Of a stretch of DNA of 64,000 nucleotides, positions 37,731 through 51,500 are shown piece after piece; within the stretch, counting starts at the first letter, position 1, and each line of letters begins with the position of its first letter. The notes under the pieces are model-generated. The model did not search any database, was not told where the DNA came from, and was given only the letters and a program-made list of their open reading frames with translations. The stretch covers positions 2,792,001 through 2,856,000 of the forward strand of contig CM075999.1 of NCBI GenBank assembly GCA_038087875.1, read 5' to 3'. The position numbers and the translations under genes were made by a program. The stretch comes from Malacoraja senta. Its lineage: Eukaryota.

Positions 37731-38217
37731 AGGCCCTGTCCCACGAGCATGCGACTCCATGCGGCTAGCTCGACCTAATGTGGTCGCTTCAGCCGTACGG
37801 CCTCGCGGGGCCGGTCCCACTTCGATCGCCGGAGCCGTATGGAGTTGTGCGGAGCTGGTCCCGACATCGCGCGGGGCTCCGGAAAACTGACAGTGTTCAA
37901 AAATTCCGCGCGACAATGGCCTGCCAGCCCGCAGCCGCATTGAGGCCGTACGCACCGCCTCGACGGGCGTGCGCAGCGTCTCGACGCCGTACGCAGCGTC
38001 TTGACGCAGTATGTCATGCGCTAACTTCCCGCGGACTTCGCTCGAACTTCACGTCAATCACTCGACCGCCGCGCGGCCCCCGCTTCCGGTTTGGTCGCGC
38101 TGGCCGCATGCTGGTGGGACCGGCCCTGTACGGGGATCACTCGACCTCCTCGCGGCCCCCCGCTTCTGGTTTGGTCGCGCTTGCCGCATGCAGTCGCATG
38201 CTCGTGGGACAGGCCCT
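37731..38217. mobile_element. PIF/Harbinger-type MITE (CpG-rich)
   Basis: TIR AGGCCCTGTCCCACGAGCATGCGAC / GTCGCATGCTCGTGGGACAGGCCCT; TTA TSD. Confidence 0.85.
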
Positions 38218-41195
38218 TTACAGTCAATTTAGTTTAGATACAGCGTGGAAACGGGCCCTTCGGCCCACCGAGTCCATGCCGACCAACGATCCCCGCACAT
38301 TAACACTATCCTACACACACGAGGGACAATTTATACTTTAACCAAACCAATCAACCTACAAACCTGTACGTCTTCTGGAGTGGGGGAGGAAACCGAAGAT
38401 CTCAGAGAAAACCCACGCGGTCACGGGGAGAACGTACAAACTCCATACAGACAGCACCTGTAGTCAGGAACCCGGGTCTCTGGCGCTGCGAGGCAGCAAC
38501 TCTACCGCTGCGCCACCGTGCCGCACAATCAAGTGCTTTTGGTTGTAGAAATGAAAACTGCAAATGCTGGTTTACACAAAAGGATACAAAGTGCTGAAAG
38601 GATTTACTCCAGTTAAGTTTCAGTTTAGTTTATTGTCACGTGTACCGAGGTACAGTGAAAAGCTTTTGTTGCGTGCTAACCAGCCAGTAGAACGACAATA
38701 CATGATTATAATCAAGACGTTTACAGTGTTCAGATGCATAAGGGAATAATGTTCAGTGCAAGGTAAAGCCAGTGAAGACCGATCAAGAAGGGTCTCGGAG
38801 CAGAGTTGTGGATGTGGCCCAATCCATCACACAGACCAGACACTCCCTACCATTGACTACATCCAGAAACTCCGGGAAAAAGGATAAAAGCCACTTATCC
38901 CAAGCCAACTGACCATCCCAATGTTTAAGAGGCAGTTAGACAGGTACATGGATAGGACGGGTTTGGAGGGATGTGGACCAAACGCAGGCAGGTGGGACTA
39001 GTGTGGATGGGACATGTTTTGCCAGTGTGGGCAAGGTGGGGCCGAAGGGCCGGTTTCCACGCTGTATCACTCTACGACCTGACTATAAGGGGGGAAGAAT
39101 TCAGCCTGAGAATCTCTGATAGCTGCATGGTTTACTGGCTAGAAGACGGCGTTTAGCGTGCGTGCTGTCGTTTCCCCTTGATGTCCGCGTACACAAGGGG
39201 CACATTGACTCCATCACGAGCAACATCGGACCAGAATGACATTAAATGGGTTCAAATTCAATTCGGTTCGCCCATGGCAGCGAATAATGCGGGAAGTTTC
39301 GATTCCTGTTAAGACAGGGGGGTGGGGGAAAGGCCAAGGGAGGGGAGGAGGTTATTTGGTTAAGATCTCCGAGCATTAAACAACTCATTCATTTACATTT
39401 AGTCAGTGGGCTCTTGTTGGGAGAATAATGCGTGGTGTGACGCTGGCTGGCTAAACAGAAGCGAACACTGCGCCCCTTGTTAAATTGGGAAATGTACCGA
39501 ATTATTAATCCATGCAAACACTGAGCTATTTACAGTTTATCAGCAAGCAGATAACTCTGCATTATACACTCAACAAATCTGTAAAGGTGGCAGGATAAGA
39601 CTTTCACAAAAGTGTACAAGATCATGGGCTTATATGAATGGAGCCATAGTGCAAGTGTAAGGAGGGGGGTGAGGGGGAAGGGGACGGAAGCTGAAGTTGG
39701 TCACTTGGTCCCTGAAGTTGGTCACTTCGGCCTGAAACGTTACTTATTTCCTTCGCTCCATAGATGCTGCTGCACCCGCTGAGTTTCTCCAGCATTTTTG
39801 TCTACCCTGTGCCTGCTTTGCCATCCAATGTCTGCGTGGTCATACTTCACGGAAACAGCGGTAGACAAAAGTGCTGGAGAAACTCAGCAGGACAGGCAGC
39901 ATCTATGGAGCGAAGGAAATGGGCAACGTTTCGGGTCGAGACCCTTCTTCAGACCTGTGGGATTCTTTGCCACAGGAGGTCCTGGAGGCCAAGTCAGTGG
40001 ATATATTTAAGGCGGAGATAGATAGATTCTTGATTAGTGCAGGTGTCGGAGGTTAGAATAGAATAGAATAGAATGCCTTTTATTGTCACTCAAACAGCTT
40101 GGTTTGAACGAAATTGCATTTCTACAGTCTTAACAATACAAAAAAAAACAAGACCCACACTTAATACAATTTACACAAACATCCATCACAGTGAATCTCC
40201 AACACCTCCTCACTGTGATGGAATGCAAAAGTCTTATCTCTTCCCTTTGTTCTTCTCCCGCGGTCCAGCAGTCCAACTGCAGCGTAGAGGCGACTGGGGC
40301 TCACGGTTATGGGGAGAAGGGTTAGGAGGGAGAGATAGATCAGCCATGATTGAATGGTGGAGTGGACTCAATGGGCCGAATGGCCTAATTCTGCTCCTAT
40401 GACCTATGAATCACGGAAAGTTAATGGAACAGCAAATGGAACATTGTTCTTGATTGCAAGAGGATTGGAGTACACTGCAAACAACTTGCTCCAATTATGG
40501 TGCAACTCAGTGGGACAGGCAGCATCTCGGAAGAGAAGGAATCTGGGTGATGTTTCGGGTTTAGGAGGGAGAGATGGATCAGCCATGATTGTATGGCGGA
40601 GTAGACTTGATGGGCTGAATAGCCTAATACAACTATCACATAACCTTATGAATAGGCCCTTCGGCCCAACTTGTCCACGTCTTCCAAGACTCCCCATCTA
40701 CACTAGTCCCACCTGCCTACATTTTGCCCACGTTCACCTAAACCTTTTAGAAGACGGTGGCATGGCGGTGGAGTTTCTGCCTCGGCGCCAGAGACCACGG
40801 TTCGATTCTGACGACAGGTGCTGTCTGTACGGAGTTTGCACGTTCTCCCTGTGACTGTGTGGTGTTTTCTCCGGGTGCTCCGGTCGGCATGGACAAGATG
40901 GGCCGAATGGCCGGTTTCTGTGCCGTACAGCTGGGTCACCTCCGTGCTGCGGAGAGATCTTGTGTCTGAGTGCGGGCACATGCAAATAATTGGCTGAGCC
41001 AGCAGAATGCTATTGTCTATTGATACGGGGACTGAATGCAGAAATCTAGTTAAACAAGGCATTGATTTGAACACACCTGGAGTCGTGTGTGTGTGGTATT
41101 GGTCTCCTCGTGCAAAAATACTGATGCATCTGCAGTTCAAGAAATTCCTCCATGATTTCCTGGAGATTTATATTCCTTTGTTCATCCTGTTCCAG

Positions 41196-41417
41196 GTGAT
41201 GGATGTGGGCATACGGTTACCGGCCCTGAGAGCGGCACCTTGGCGAGCATGAACTACCCTGGCACCTACCCCAACCACACCTGGTGCAAGTGGCAGCTCC
41301 GTGTGGCAGAGGGGAAGGCAGTCATGTTGATGTTTGCTGACTTGGACATCGAGTACTCTGAGAATTGTTCCTCCAATTCTGTGCACGTCACTGCTTCACC
41401 CGCCAATGGCAGCTACG
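41196..41417 (+). CDS. DCBLD1-like: DCBLD-family gene, exon 2 (N-terminal part of the CUB domain)
   Basis: Acceptor ttcatcctgttccag|, donor |GTAAGG, 222 nt, phase 1-1. Encodes GDGCGHTVTGPESGTLASMNYPGTYPNHTWCKWQLRVAEGKAVMLMFADLDIEYSENCSSNSVHVTASPANGSYG, with the CUB motifs CG..SG.L.S.NYP..YP...C.W and F.DLDIE...C. Confidence 0.93.
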
Positions 41418-41520
41418 GTAAGGAGTCGACAATTTGGGGTCAAGATGGTGGCTCGTTTAATTTAGTGACTCAGCGTGGAAACAGGCCCTTCGGCCCATCG
41501 AGTCCGTGCCGACCAGCTAT

Positions 41521-41522
<2 letters not shown>

Positions 41523-41570
<48 letters not shown>
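41523..41570. repeat. (CA)n microsatellite inside a SINE
   Basis: Perfect CA run. Confidence 0.98.
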
Positions 41571-41572
<2 letters not shown>

Positions 41573-43149
41573 GGTTTTACAATTACGCCAAGCCAATTAA
41601 CCGACAAATCTGCATGTCTTTGGAGTGTGGGAGGAAACCGAAGATCTCGAAGAAAACCCACGCGGTCATGGGGAGAACGAACAGAAAACCACCCGTAGCC
41701 AGGATCGAACCTGGGTCTCTGGCGCTGTGGGGCAGCAACTCCACCTGCCTATTCTTGCTATTGAGGGAGTGCAGCGTAGGTTTACCGGGTTAATTCCCGG
41801 GATGGCGGGACTGTCATATGCTGAGAGAATGGAGCGGCTGGGCTAGTACACTCTGGAGTTTAGAAGGATGAGAGGGTATCTCATTGAAACATATAAGATT
41901 GTTAAGGGCTTGGACACGCTAGAGGCAGGAAACATGTTCCCGATGTTGGGAGAGACCAGAACCAGGGGCCACAGTTTAAGAATAAGGAGTAAGCCATTTA
42001 GAACAGAGAAGAGGAAACTTTTTCTCACAGAGAGTGGTGAGTCTGTGGAATTCTCTGCCTCAGAGGGCAGTGGAGGCAGGTTCTCTGGATGCTTTCAAGA
42101 GAGCTAGATAGGGCTCTTAAAGATAGCGGTCAGGGGATATGGGGAGAAGGCAGGAACGGGGTACTGATTGGGGATGATCAGCCATGATCACATTGAATGG
42201 CGGTGCTGGCTCGAAGGGCCGAATGGCCTACTCCTGCACCTATTGTCTATTGTCTACCGCTGTGCCACCGTGCCGCCCTTCGTTGTGTTCTGTAATATGC
42301 TGTGGATGTAGAATTGTCCCCAGTGTGTGGACAGTGCTAATGTGCGGGGATCGCAGGTCGGTGTGGACGCAGTGGACCGAAGGGCCTGTTTCTGCGCTGT
42401 ATCTCTAAAGTAAACTAATTGATAAATTCTTTGAAACGTGTTTTGAAGACATTTTGTTGTAAAGTTTGTAGCTGAACCATAGTGTGAACCGTAAGAACTC
42501 TCTCCCACTGCCAGGTAGCAAATTGCTATTGTAATGATGTTATACACAGAACACAACAAATCATGGAATGAGTAATGTTTATAAAAAGAAGACGTTGTCA
42601 AACCTCATTACGCTGTGAACTTTGCCGTCCGTTTAATCTCCCAGGGAATAGTTTTGTGTAAATACTTCCCATTCCTGAAATTCTCCCACTGCCATTATTC
42701 AACACCGAACTGCAAAGTGTCACAAACAGAAGCCAGTCCTCTGTGACTGAGGCGCTTTCCGCGGCCTCGACTGATAATCGTGGCCTGTCCCTTCCTCCAT
42801 CTCCCAGCTCCGAACAAGACAGACGTTCCTTGGCCATTGGCCGAGAAAGTACCGACGCTTATTTAGTTTAGTTTAGAGATACAGCGCGGAAATGGACCCT
42901 TCGGCCAACCGGGACCGCACCAACCAGCGATCCCCGCACACTAACACTATCCTACACACACTAGGGACAATTTACACTTATACCGAGTATACAAACCCAA
43001 ACCAATTAACCTAAAAAACCTGTATGTCTTTGGAGTGTGGGAGGAAACCGAAGATCTCGGATAAAACCCACAGGGTCTGAAGACTGGTCTCGACCTGAAA
43101 CGTCACCCATTCCTTCTCTCCAGAGATGCTGCCTGTCCCGCTGAATTTT

Positions 43150-43490
43150 ATTTAAAGTATATTAGAAAAAATTTCAAAAATTCCCCTCCAGAAATTATGT
43201 GACTTTATAAAGGAGGCAAAAGAATGGATTATACTTGCTTCCTGAAGCAGACATTTATCACAAATAGGGGAAACATTTGGGAAGATCTTATTCAGTTTGG
43301 GCTTTGAATAATAAAGTCTATGCAGTATTTTAAATTGTATTAACGAATGCCTAACGTTAAGAGAACAGTTATGTATATATAGAAGGCTTTCCTCCCATCT
43401 AACTTTTAAAATTGTTAGGCCCAATTTATCTTCCCAAGCTCGCCTAATTATTTCCGACGATCGGATTTGTATATTTAAACGGGTATTATA
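43150..43490 (-). mobile_element. L1-clade LINE ORF2 C-terminal fragment
   Basis: IQFKILHRLYYS..KL......SPICDKC......IHSF, the cysteine-rich C-terminal motif of fish-type L1 ORF2. Confidence 0.75.
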
Positions 43491-44429
43491 AAGAATAAAT
43501 TATGTTTGAGAAATTGGATATATGAGTGTGAAGTGACTCTTTCAGGAATCATGTCCATTGATACAGTGATACAGGCACTATTCTCTCAGCCTCAATGGCT
43601 TCAAGGGGAAACTGCCTGTGCTAGCACAATTAGATGGTCTTCTGCGCCGTAACACTTCTGCAATTCTTATCAGAATATAAAGTGCATGGCAGGTGCTCCG
43701 AAAAAGCAAATGAGCCAGAATATTTACAAGGCAGCTACCTCATTGGTTTACTTTTTAGTATTGGCAGAGACTTTAAGACAGAGACTTTAAGACTTTTGCC
43801 TCCATCACAGTGAGGAGGTGCCTGGTGAACTCACTGTGGTGGGTGTTAATTTGTGTTTATTGTGTGTTTTGTTATTTATTATTATATGTATGACTGCAGG
43901 CAACGAAATTTCGTTCAGACCGAAAGGTCTGAATGACAAATAAAGGAATCTCTCTAATCTCTCTAATCTCTATCGAGGTACAGTGAAAAGCTTTTTGTTG
44001 CGTGCTAACCAGTCAGCGGAAAGACAATACATGATTACAATCGAGCCGTCCACAGTGTACAGATGTATGATAAAGGGAATAACGTTTAGTGCAAGGTAAA
44101 GTCCGATTAAGGATAGTTTAATTTTCTCCAATGAGGTAGATGGGAAGTCAGGACCGCTCTCCAGTTGTGACGTTTCACAGTTGCAACAATCTATTTCTGT
44201 AGATTAAAATTCAATTAGAAGCAATTTGATTTATCTCCATGTTGAGCATTCCCAGTACAAGATGGCTACAAGCCATCTGTGTCAGTGAAGCTCTGGTGTT
44301 TAGTGAATCAAAATAAATATTTTTAGTAACGGCCTTTATTTAGGCTACCTAGGTTGCCAAAAGATTTTTGTTCTATGATTCAGCTATCCAGTAATCCTAG
44401 TCAAAAATGTGTAGGAAGGAACTGCAGAT

Positions 44430-45566
44430 GAATCAATGAATGAATAAGTTTATTGGCCAAGTATTCACATACAAGGAATTTGCCTTGGTGCTCCGCCCGC
44501 AAGTGACAACTTGACATACAGTGACAGTTAAGAGTGATATATTAAACATTAATAATAAAACATTATTGATTAAACATGTGGATTAAATAAAATACCAGAG
44601 CAAAAGGAGGCTACAGATTTTTGGTTATTGAGTAGAGCTACTAGTCGTGGAAAAAAGCTGTTTTTATGTCTGGCTGTGGCGGCTTTGACAGTCCGGAGTC
44701 GCCTTCCAGAGGGAAGTGATTCAAAGAGTTTGTGGCCAGGGTGAGAGGGGTCAGAGATGATCTTGCCCGCTCGCTTCCTGGCCCTTGCAGTGTACAGTTC
44801 ATCAATGGAGGGAAGGTTGCAGCCAATAACCTTCTCTGCTGATCGGACGATTCGCTGCAGCCTCCAGGTGTCGTGCTTGGTAGCTGAGCCAAACCAGACC
44901 ATGATGGAGAAGGTGAGAACAGACTCTACGATGGCCGTGTAGAATTGGACCATCATTGCCTGTGGCAGATTGTGCTTCCTCAGCTGCCGTAGGAAGTACA
45001 TCCTCTGTTGTGCCTTTTTGACTGTGGAGTCAATGGTAGCCCCCCCCCACTTAAGGTCCTTTGAGATGATGGTTCCCAGGAACTTAAAAGACTCCACAGA
45101 TGTGACTGTGGTGTTGTTGATAGTGAGGGGGGTGAGGGGAGGGGGAGCTCTCCTAAAGTCTACAATCAATTCCACTGTCTTAAGAGCATTGAGCTCCAGG
45201 TAGTTGCGATGTTACCAGGACGCCAGCTGTCACTTCCTGTCTGTAGGCAGATTCCTCCCCATCCTGGATCAGTCCAATCAGGGTTGTGTCGTCCACAAAC
45301 TTGAGAAGCTTGACAGAGGTGTCTGTGGAGGTGCAGTCGTTGGTGTAGAGAGAGTAGAGGTGAGGAGAGAGTACGCAGCCTTGCGGTCCTCCTATGCTGA
45401 GGGTTTGCGGGTCTGAGATGTACTTTCCCAGCCTCACATGCTGCTTCCTGTCTGTCAGGAAGCTGGTGATCCACCGACCGAGGGGTTCAGGCACAGTCAA
45501 CTCGGAAAGTTTGGAGTGTAGTAGCTCTGGCACAATGGTGTTGAATGCAGAGCTAAAATCAACAAA
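44430..45566 (-). mobile_element. Rex1/Babar-type non-LTR retrotransposon, 5'-truncated, frameshifted RT
   Basis: ORFs 45180-45569 (FVDFSSAFNTI, PQGCVLSP, KFVDD) and 44570-45175 (ELIVDFRR, KFLG, HPGH.LF..LPSGRR, SFFP); (ATTC)n-like tail at ~44430. Confidence 0.85.
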
Positions 45567-48500
45567 CAAAACAAACTACTAGTGGAAAACAGCTTTTTTC
45601 ATTTGTCTGGTTGACACCAAAGATAGACACAGAATGCTGGAGTAACTCAGCGGGACAGGCAGCATCACTGGAGCGAAGGAATGGATGATGTTTTCTTGTC
45701 AAGACCCTTCTTCAGACCATTCACGCCATTGCCATCCTTTCACCACCAACATCTGTGTCGTTCCGTCTCCACACGCACACACACACACACTCGTTCCCTT
45801 CACCCCTCCCCCCCACCCTTTTCTGCAACTTTCAACATCGTAGTCATACAGTGTGGAAACAGGCCCTTCGGCCCAACTTGCCCATGCTAACAAAGATGCC
45901 CCATCTACACTAGCCCCACCTGCCCACGTTTGGCTCATTTTCCTCTGAACCTTTCTAAACATACTGCAGTGGGGTAGTCAGGCCTTGTTTCCGGGAGTGT
46001 CCCGGGCCCGCTCCTCGCCATATGTGACTCCACACCGCCATAGTGTGTCCGCGGGTCAGGAACAATGAACGTTAGGTTTGCACCAATGGCCGAGGATGTT
46101 CAAACCGTCGCCGTCTAAAGTAAACGTTTGAGCTGAACCAGAATAATTATTTGTGATCATTAATATGCTGAGTATTTTTACACCTGGACTCCACCAGTTC
46201 AATGAGAATGGTCATAAGTGATAGGAGCAGGATTAAGCCATTCGGCCCATCAAGTCTACTCCGCCATTCAATCATGGCTTGTATTCACTGGAGTTTAGAA
46301 GGATGAGGGGATATCTTATAGAAACATATAAAATTATAAAAGGACTGGACAAGCTAGATGCAGGAAAAATGTTCCCAATGTTGAGCGAGTCCAGAACCAG
46401 GGGCCACAGTCTTAGAATAAAGGGGAGGTCATTTAAGATTGAGGTGAGAAAAACGTTTTCACCCAGAGAGTTGTGAATTTATGGAATTCCCTGCCACAGA
46501 GGGCAGTGGAGGCCAAGTCACTGGATGGATTTAAGAGAGAGTTAGATAGAGCTCTAGGGGGCTAGTGGAGTCAAGGGACATGGGGAGAAGGCAGGCACGG
46601 GTTATTGATAGGGGACGATCACAATGAATGGTGGTGCTGGCTCGAAGGGCCGAATGGCCTCCTCCTGCATCTATTTTCTATGTTTCTATGGCTGATCTTG
46701 GTCCTGACCACCCATCCACCTCATTAGAGACCCTCGGACTATCTTTAATCAGACTTGACTGGACTTTAACTTGCACCAAATATTATTCCCTCCATCTTGT
46801 AGCTGTACACTGTGCGTGGTTTGATTGAAATCACGTGCAGTCTTCCCGCTGACTGGGTGGTATGCAACAAAAGAGCTTTTCATTGTACCTCGGTACACTT
46901 GACAATAAACTAAACTAATGTAGAGGTCAGTACCAGATGCCAGAGTTACGCTCGTGTTTAGTCTGAGTACTGGGTCCAGATGATGAGACGGCAACATCAA
47001 CGGTTGGCCCTGTCTGAAATACATTGCGACACGCACATTGGGCAACAACTTTTTGTTTTAGTGTACGGACATCAATTGCACAATCAGCCGTCGTCCAGAA
47101 AACAACCAAACATCTCATATAGTAACACGACACACAAAGTGCGGGAGGTACTCGGCGAGTCAGGCAGCGTCTGTGGCGGACGTATGGACAGACGATGTTT
47201 TGAGTCAGGACTCTTCTTCAGAGACTGAGGTTCCATGGTGTCGGGGGGGGTTACTGGGAGAAAGCAGAAGAATGGGGTTTAGGAGGTTGAGATAGATCAG
47301 CCATGATTGAATGGCAGACTAGACTTGATGGGCCGAATGGCCTAATTCTGCTCCTATCACTTATGAGGATATCTAAACCAGTAACAAAGTGCTGGAGGAG
47401 TTAAAGAAGGAACTGCAGATGCTGGAAAATCGAAGGTACACAAAAATGCTGGAGAAACTCAGCGGGTGCAGCAGCATCTATGGAGCGAAGGAAATCGGCA
47501 ACGTTTCGGGCCGAAACCCTTCTTCAGACTGGAGGAACTCAGTGGGTCGGGCAGTGTCTGTGGAGGGAATGGACAGTCGATGTTTCAGGTTTGGTCCTTT
47601 CTCCAGCCTGTTTATTGCTGCCTGTCCTGCGGAGTTCCTCCAGTACTTTGTGTTCTGTCTAAGATTCAGCATCTGCGGTTCCTTGTGTCTCCATCTAAAG
47701 CAGCAGGTTTCCTAAACCTGTTTAGAAATCCACTGTTTCATAGACTTTCAAGAGAAAGCTAGATAGAGCTCTTAAAAATAGCGGAGTCAGGGGATATGGG
47801 GAGAAGGCAGGAACGGGGTACTGATTGGGGATGATCAGCCATGATCACGTTGAATGGCGGTGCTGGCTCGAAGGGCCAAATGGCCTACTCCTGCACCTAT
47901 TGTCTGTTGACTACGGTAACATTCTTTTAAAGGAGCATTTAAGTTTGCAAATATATTATTTTTGAAGGATGATTACTACAGCAAAACACTTTATTGTGTG
48001 AAATACAAAGTGCTGGAGTAACTCAGTGGGTCAGGCAGCATCTCTGGAGGACATGGATAGGCAATGTTTTGGGTTGGGGCCCTACTGTAGACATTGAAGT
48101 TTGAAGGCATCTGAAACCAACAAAACACAGAAAGTGCTGGAGTACCTACGGGATGGCATGACTGGGCAGCGGTAAAGTTGCTGCCTCACAGCGCCAGAGA
48201 CCCGGGTTCGATCCCGATTACGGGTGCTGTCTGTACGGAGTTTGCATGTTCTCCCTGTGGCCGCGCGGGTTTTCTCCGGGTGCTCCGATTTCCTCCCACA
48301 CTCCAAAGGCCTGGTGTTTTGCAGCTTGATTGGATTGGGTAAAAATTGTACCTAGTGTGCAGATTGTGTTAGTGTACAGGGATTGCTGGTCGGCATGGAC
48401 TTGGTGGACCGAAGGGCCTGTTTCTGCACTGCATCTCTAAGGTCTAAAGTCACTTTTGGCTGATCTCAGAAATAAGTATACAGGAACAAAAAATGTATTA

Positions 48501-51500
48501 TAAGACATGGGATTGATCATTTAAAACTGAGGAGAGGACAAACTTCTTTGCCAATTTACTCCCAAGAATCTTTGGAATTCTTTTCCCCAGAGAGTCACTG
48601 ATGCTCGGAGTTAGAGAATATTTATGACTGATAATGACGAACACTTGAGGCACAGGAAACGAGGGAGGTGAGGATAGATTAGGGGTTGAAGTAGGAGAGA
48701 AATAGAGTGATACCGTGTGGGGGGGGGAAGGCCCTTCGGCCCGACTTGCCCACTCTGGCCAACATGTCCCAGCTACACTAGTCCCACCTGCCCGCGTTTG
48801 AAACATAGAAAATAGGTGCAGGAAATAGGCCATTCGCCCCTTCGAGCCAGCACCACCATTCAATGTGATCATGGCTGATCATCCGAAATCAGTACCCCGT
48901 TCCTGCTTTCTCCCCATATCACCTTGATTCCGTTAGCCCCATGGATGTTCCCCCGGTTTGGCCCCATATCCCTCAATAAACCAATAAAAAATGACAGAGA
49001 CACAAGAAACTGCAGCTGTTGGAATCTTGAATAAAAGACAAAGGGTGGTGGGTGTATGGAACGAGCTGCCATAGGAGGTGGTTGAGGCTGGGACTATCCC
49101 AACATTTAAGAAACACTTAGACAGTGACATGGATTGGAGAGATTTGGAGGGATATGGACCAAACGCAGGCAGCTGGGACAAGTGTAGGTGGGACATGCTG
49201 GCCGGTGTGGGCAAGTTGGGCCGAAGGGTCTATGTCCACGCTGTATCACTCTATAACACACAGTGCTGGAGTAACCCAGCGGGATTGGCAATGATGGACA
49301 GGCTGAAGAAAGGACCTGACCCGAAACATCATCTGTCCATTCCCTCTACAGATGCTGCCTGACTCGCCGAGTTTAGTTTAGTTTAGAGATACAGCGTGGA
49401 AACAGGCCCTTCGGCCCATCGAGTCCAAGCCGACCACTATCCCACTCGCACTGGGTACAATTTACATGGGGGGGGGGGGGGGGGGAGTAAAGCTGGAAAA
49501 GGGACGTGAGGTGGGACAGAACCTGGAAAGTTTTAGTTTGGTGATGCAACGTGGAAATTAGTTTATCTTGGCTTCATGTTTGGCACAGATTGATTCTGCA
49601 TCATTTTGTAACTTTTTATTCATAATTCAGATAACATTTCTCCAAATGATTTTGTGTAGAAGCCGATGCAAATCTCAAAAAGAAGGCAGGAAACTGGAAG
49701 CTTAATTGCTGTGTCTATAATAATTATAAGACACGTTCATTCATGAAAAATGTAATTAACAGCCATTTTAAAATGGTTAGATAATTCTGTGACTGTGGAA
49801 AATTAAAGCATTTTCTGCCGTACAGCGCCGGAGAAAAGTTGCTGTCGTACAGCACGGGAGACCCGGGTTCAATCCTGACTACGGGGTGCTGTCTGTACGG
49901 AGTTTGCACGTTCTCCCCGTGACCTGCGTGGGTTTTCTCCGAGATCCTCGGTTTCCTCCCGCACTCCAAAGACGTGCAGGTTTGTAGGTTAATTGGTTTG
50001 GTGTAAATGTAAATTGTCCTCTAGTGTGTGTGTGTGTGGGATAGTGTTAGTGTGTGGGATCGCTGGTCGGTGTGGACTAGTTGGGCCGAAGGGCCTGTTT
50101 TCACGCTGTATCTCTAAACTAAACTAAACAATTGTAATTAATTACTCCAGAGTTCCCATGGTACTATTTTAAAAAGGGAGCAGGTGCCCTATTATGGCTA
50201 CCTAGGATTATGGCTATTAATTTATTATATTTTTGTCATTTTCAATCTGTGAGTTATGGTGTTATTGGGTCTGTAAAACTGCAAGCAAGCAAAATTTATT
50301 GGTCTACTGCAGTATACATGACAATAAAACACTCTTGAGGCAAGTTGGAGTACTTGGTGGACACAAGGAACTGCAGATGCTGGTTTAAATCGAAGGTAGA
50401 CACAAGATGCTGGATTAACTCAGCAGGACAGGCAACATCTCTGGAGAGAAGTAATGGGTGACGTTTCGGGTCGAGACCCTTCTTCATGCTGATGTCGGGC
50501 CGAACACAGTGCTGAAGTTACTCAGTGGGTCAGGCAGCATTAGTCTGAAGAAGGGTCCTGACCCAAAACGTCACCTATCCATGTTCTCCACAGATGCTGC
50601 CTGACCCGCTGAGTTACTCCAGCACTTTGTGTTTCTACCGAGTATTCTGGCTTGAAATCGGCACAGTACCAGAGACGCTGGTCCAATCCTGACCTCGGGT
50701 GCTGTCTGTGTGGAGTTTACACGTTCTTCCTTTGACCACGTGGGTTCCCCCCCCCCCCCCCCCCAACATCCCAAAGACATGCAGATTTGCAAGTTAATCA
50801 CCCCTCTCTAAACTGCCCTGCCGTGTTGGGGTTGGATGAGAAAGTGGATGTCACAGAACAGTGTGAACAGGCGATCGATGGTCAGCATGGGACTCGGTGG
50901 GCCGAAGGACCTGTTTCCATGCTGTATCTCTAAACTAATCTGAGAAACAATTTTTTTTTTAGGTGGGGGAAAAGAAAGACACAAAATGCTGGAGTAACTC
51001 AGTGGGTCAGGCGAAATGTGTAGGAAGGAACTGCAGATGCTGGTTTGAACCGAAGATGGACACAAAATGCTGGAGTAACTCAGCGGGACAGGCAGCATCT
51101 CTGGAGAGAAGGAATGGGTGACGTTTCGGGTCGAGACCCTTCTTCAGACTGAAGAGACGCTGCCTGTCCCGCTGAGTTACTCCAGCTTTTTGAGTCTATC
51201 GGAGCGCCAGGCATCATCTCCGGAGAACGTGGATAGGTGACGTTTCAGGTCGGGAGCCTCCATTACCTGGGTCACTGAAGCTGTGAGGTAGCGGCTCGGT
51301 GAGATCCCGACATGCTGAAGAGTGTTGGTCGCATGAGAAATTTGCACGTAAAAACGAATGATACAGCGCAACTTTAACAGCTGTTGTGTGGGCAGATTTA
51401 ATTTGTGTGACCTTTCCAAGCTGTTGGCTTGGAGCTGAACGAGCTGCAAGCTGAAGTTAATTGAATGTTGCTGGTGAAATGAATAGCGTCGGTTACTGTG

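Noticed and set aside
37778..38341. 187-aa GC-rich ORF; CpG-island-like stretch
   Set aside because: Lies in a TIR- and TSD-bounded MITE plus a SINE; no transposase or other recognisable motifs.
46980..47017. ATGATGA...CTGA(AA), resembling C/D boxes or a hammerhead core
   Set aside because: Only ~38 nt between the boxes, too short for a snoRNA; the hammerhead core lacks the required C3.
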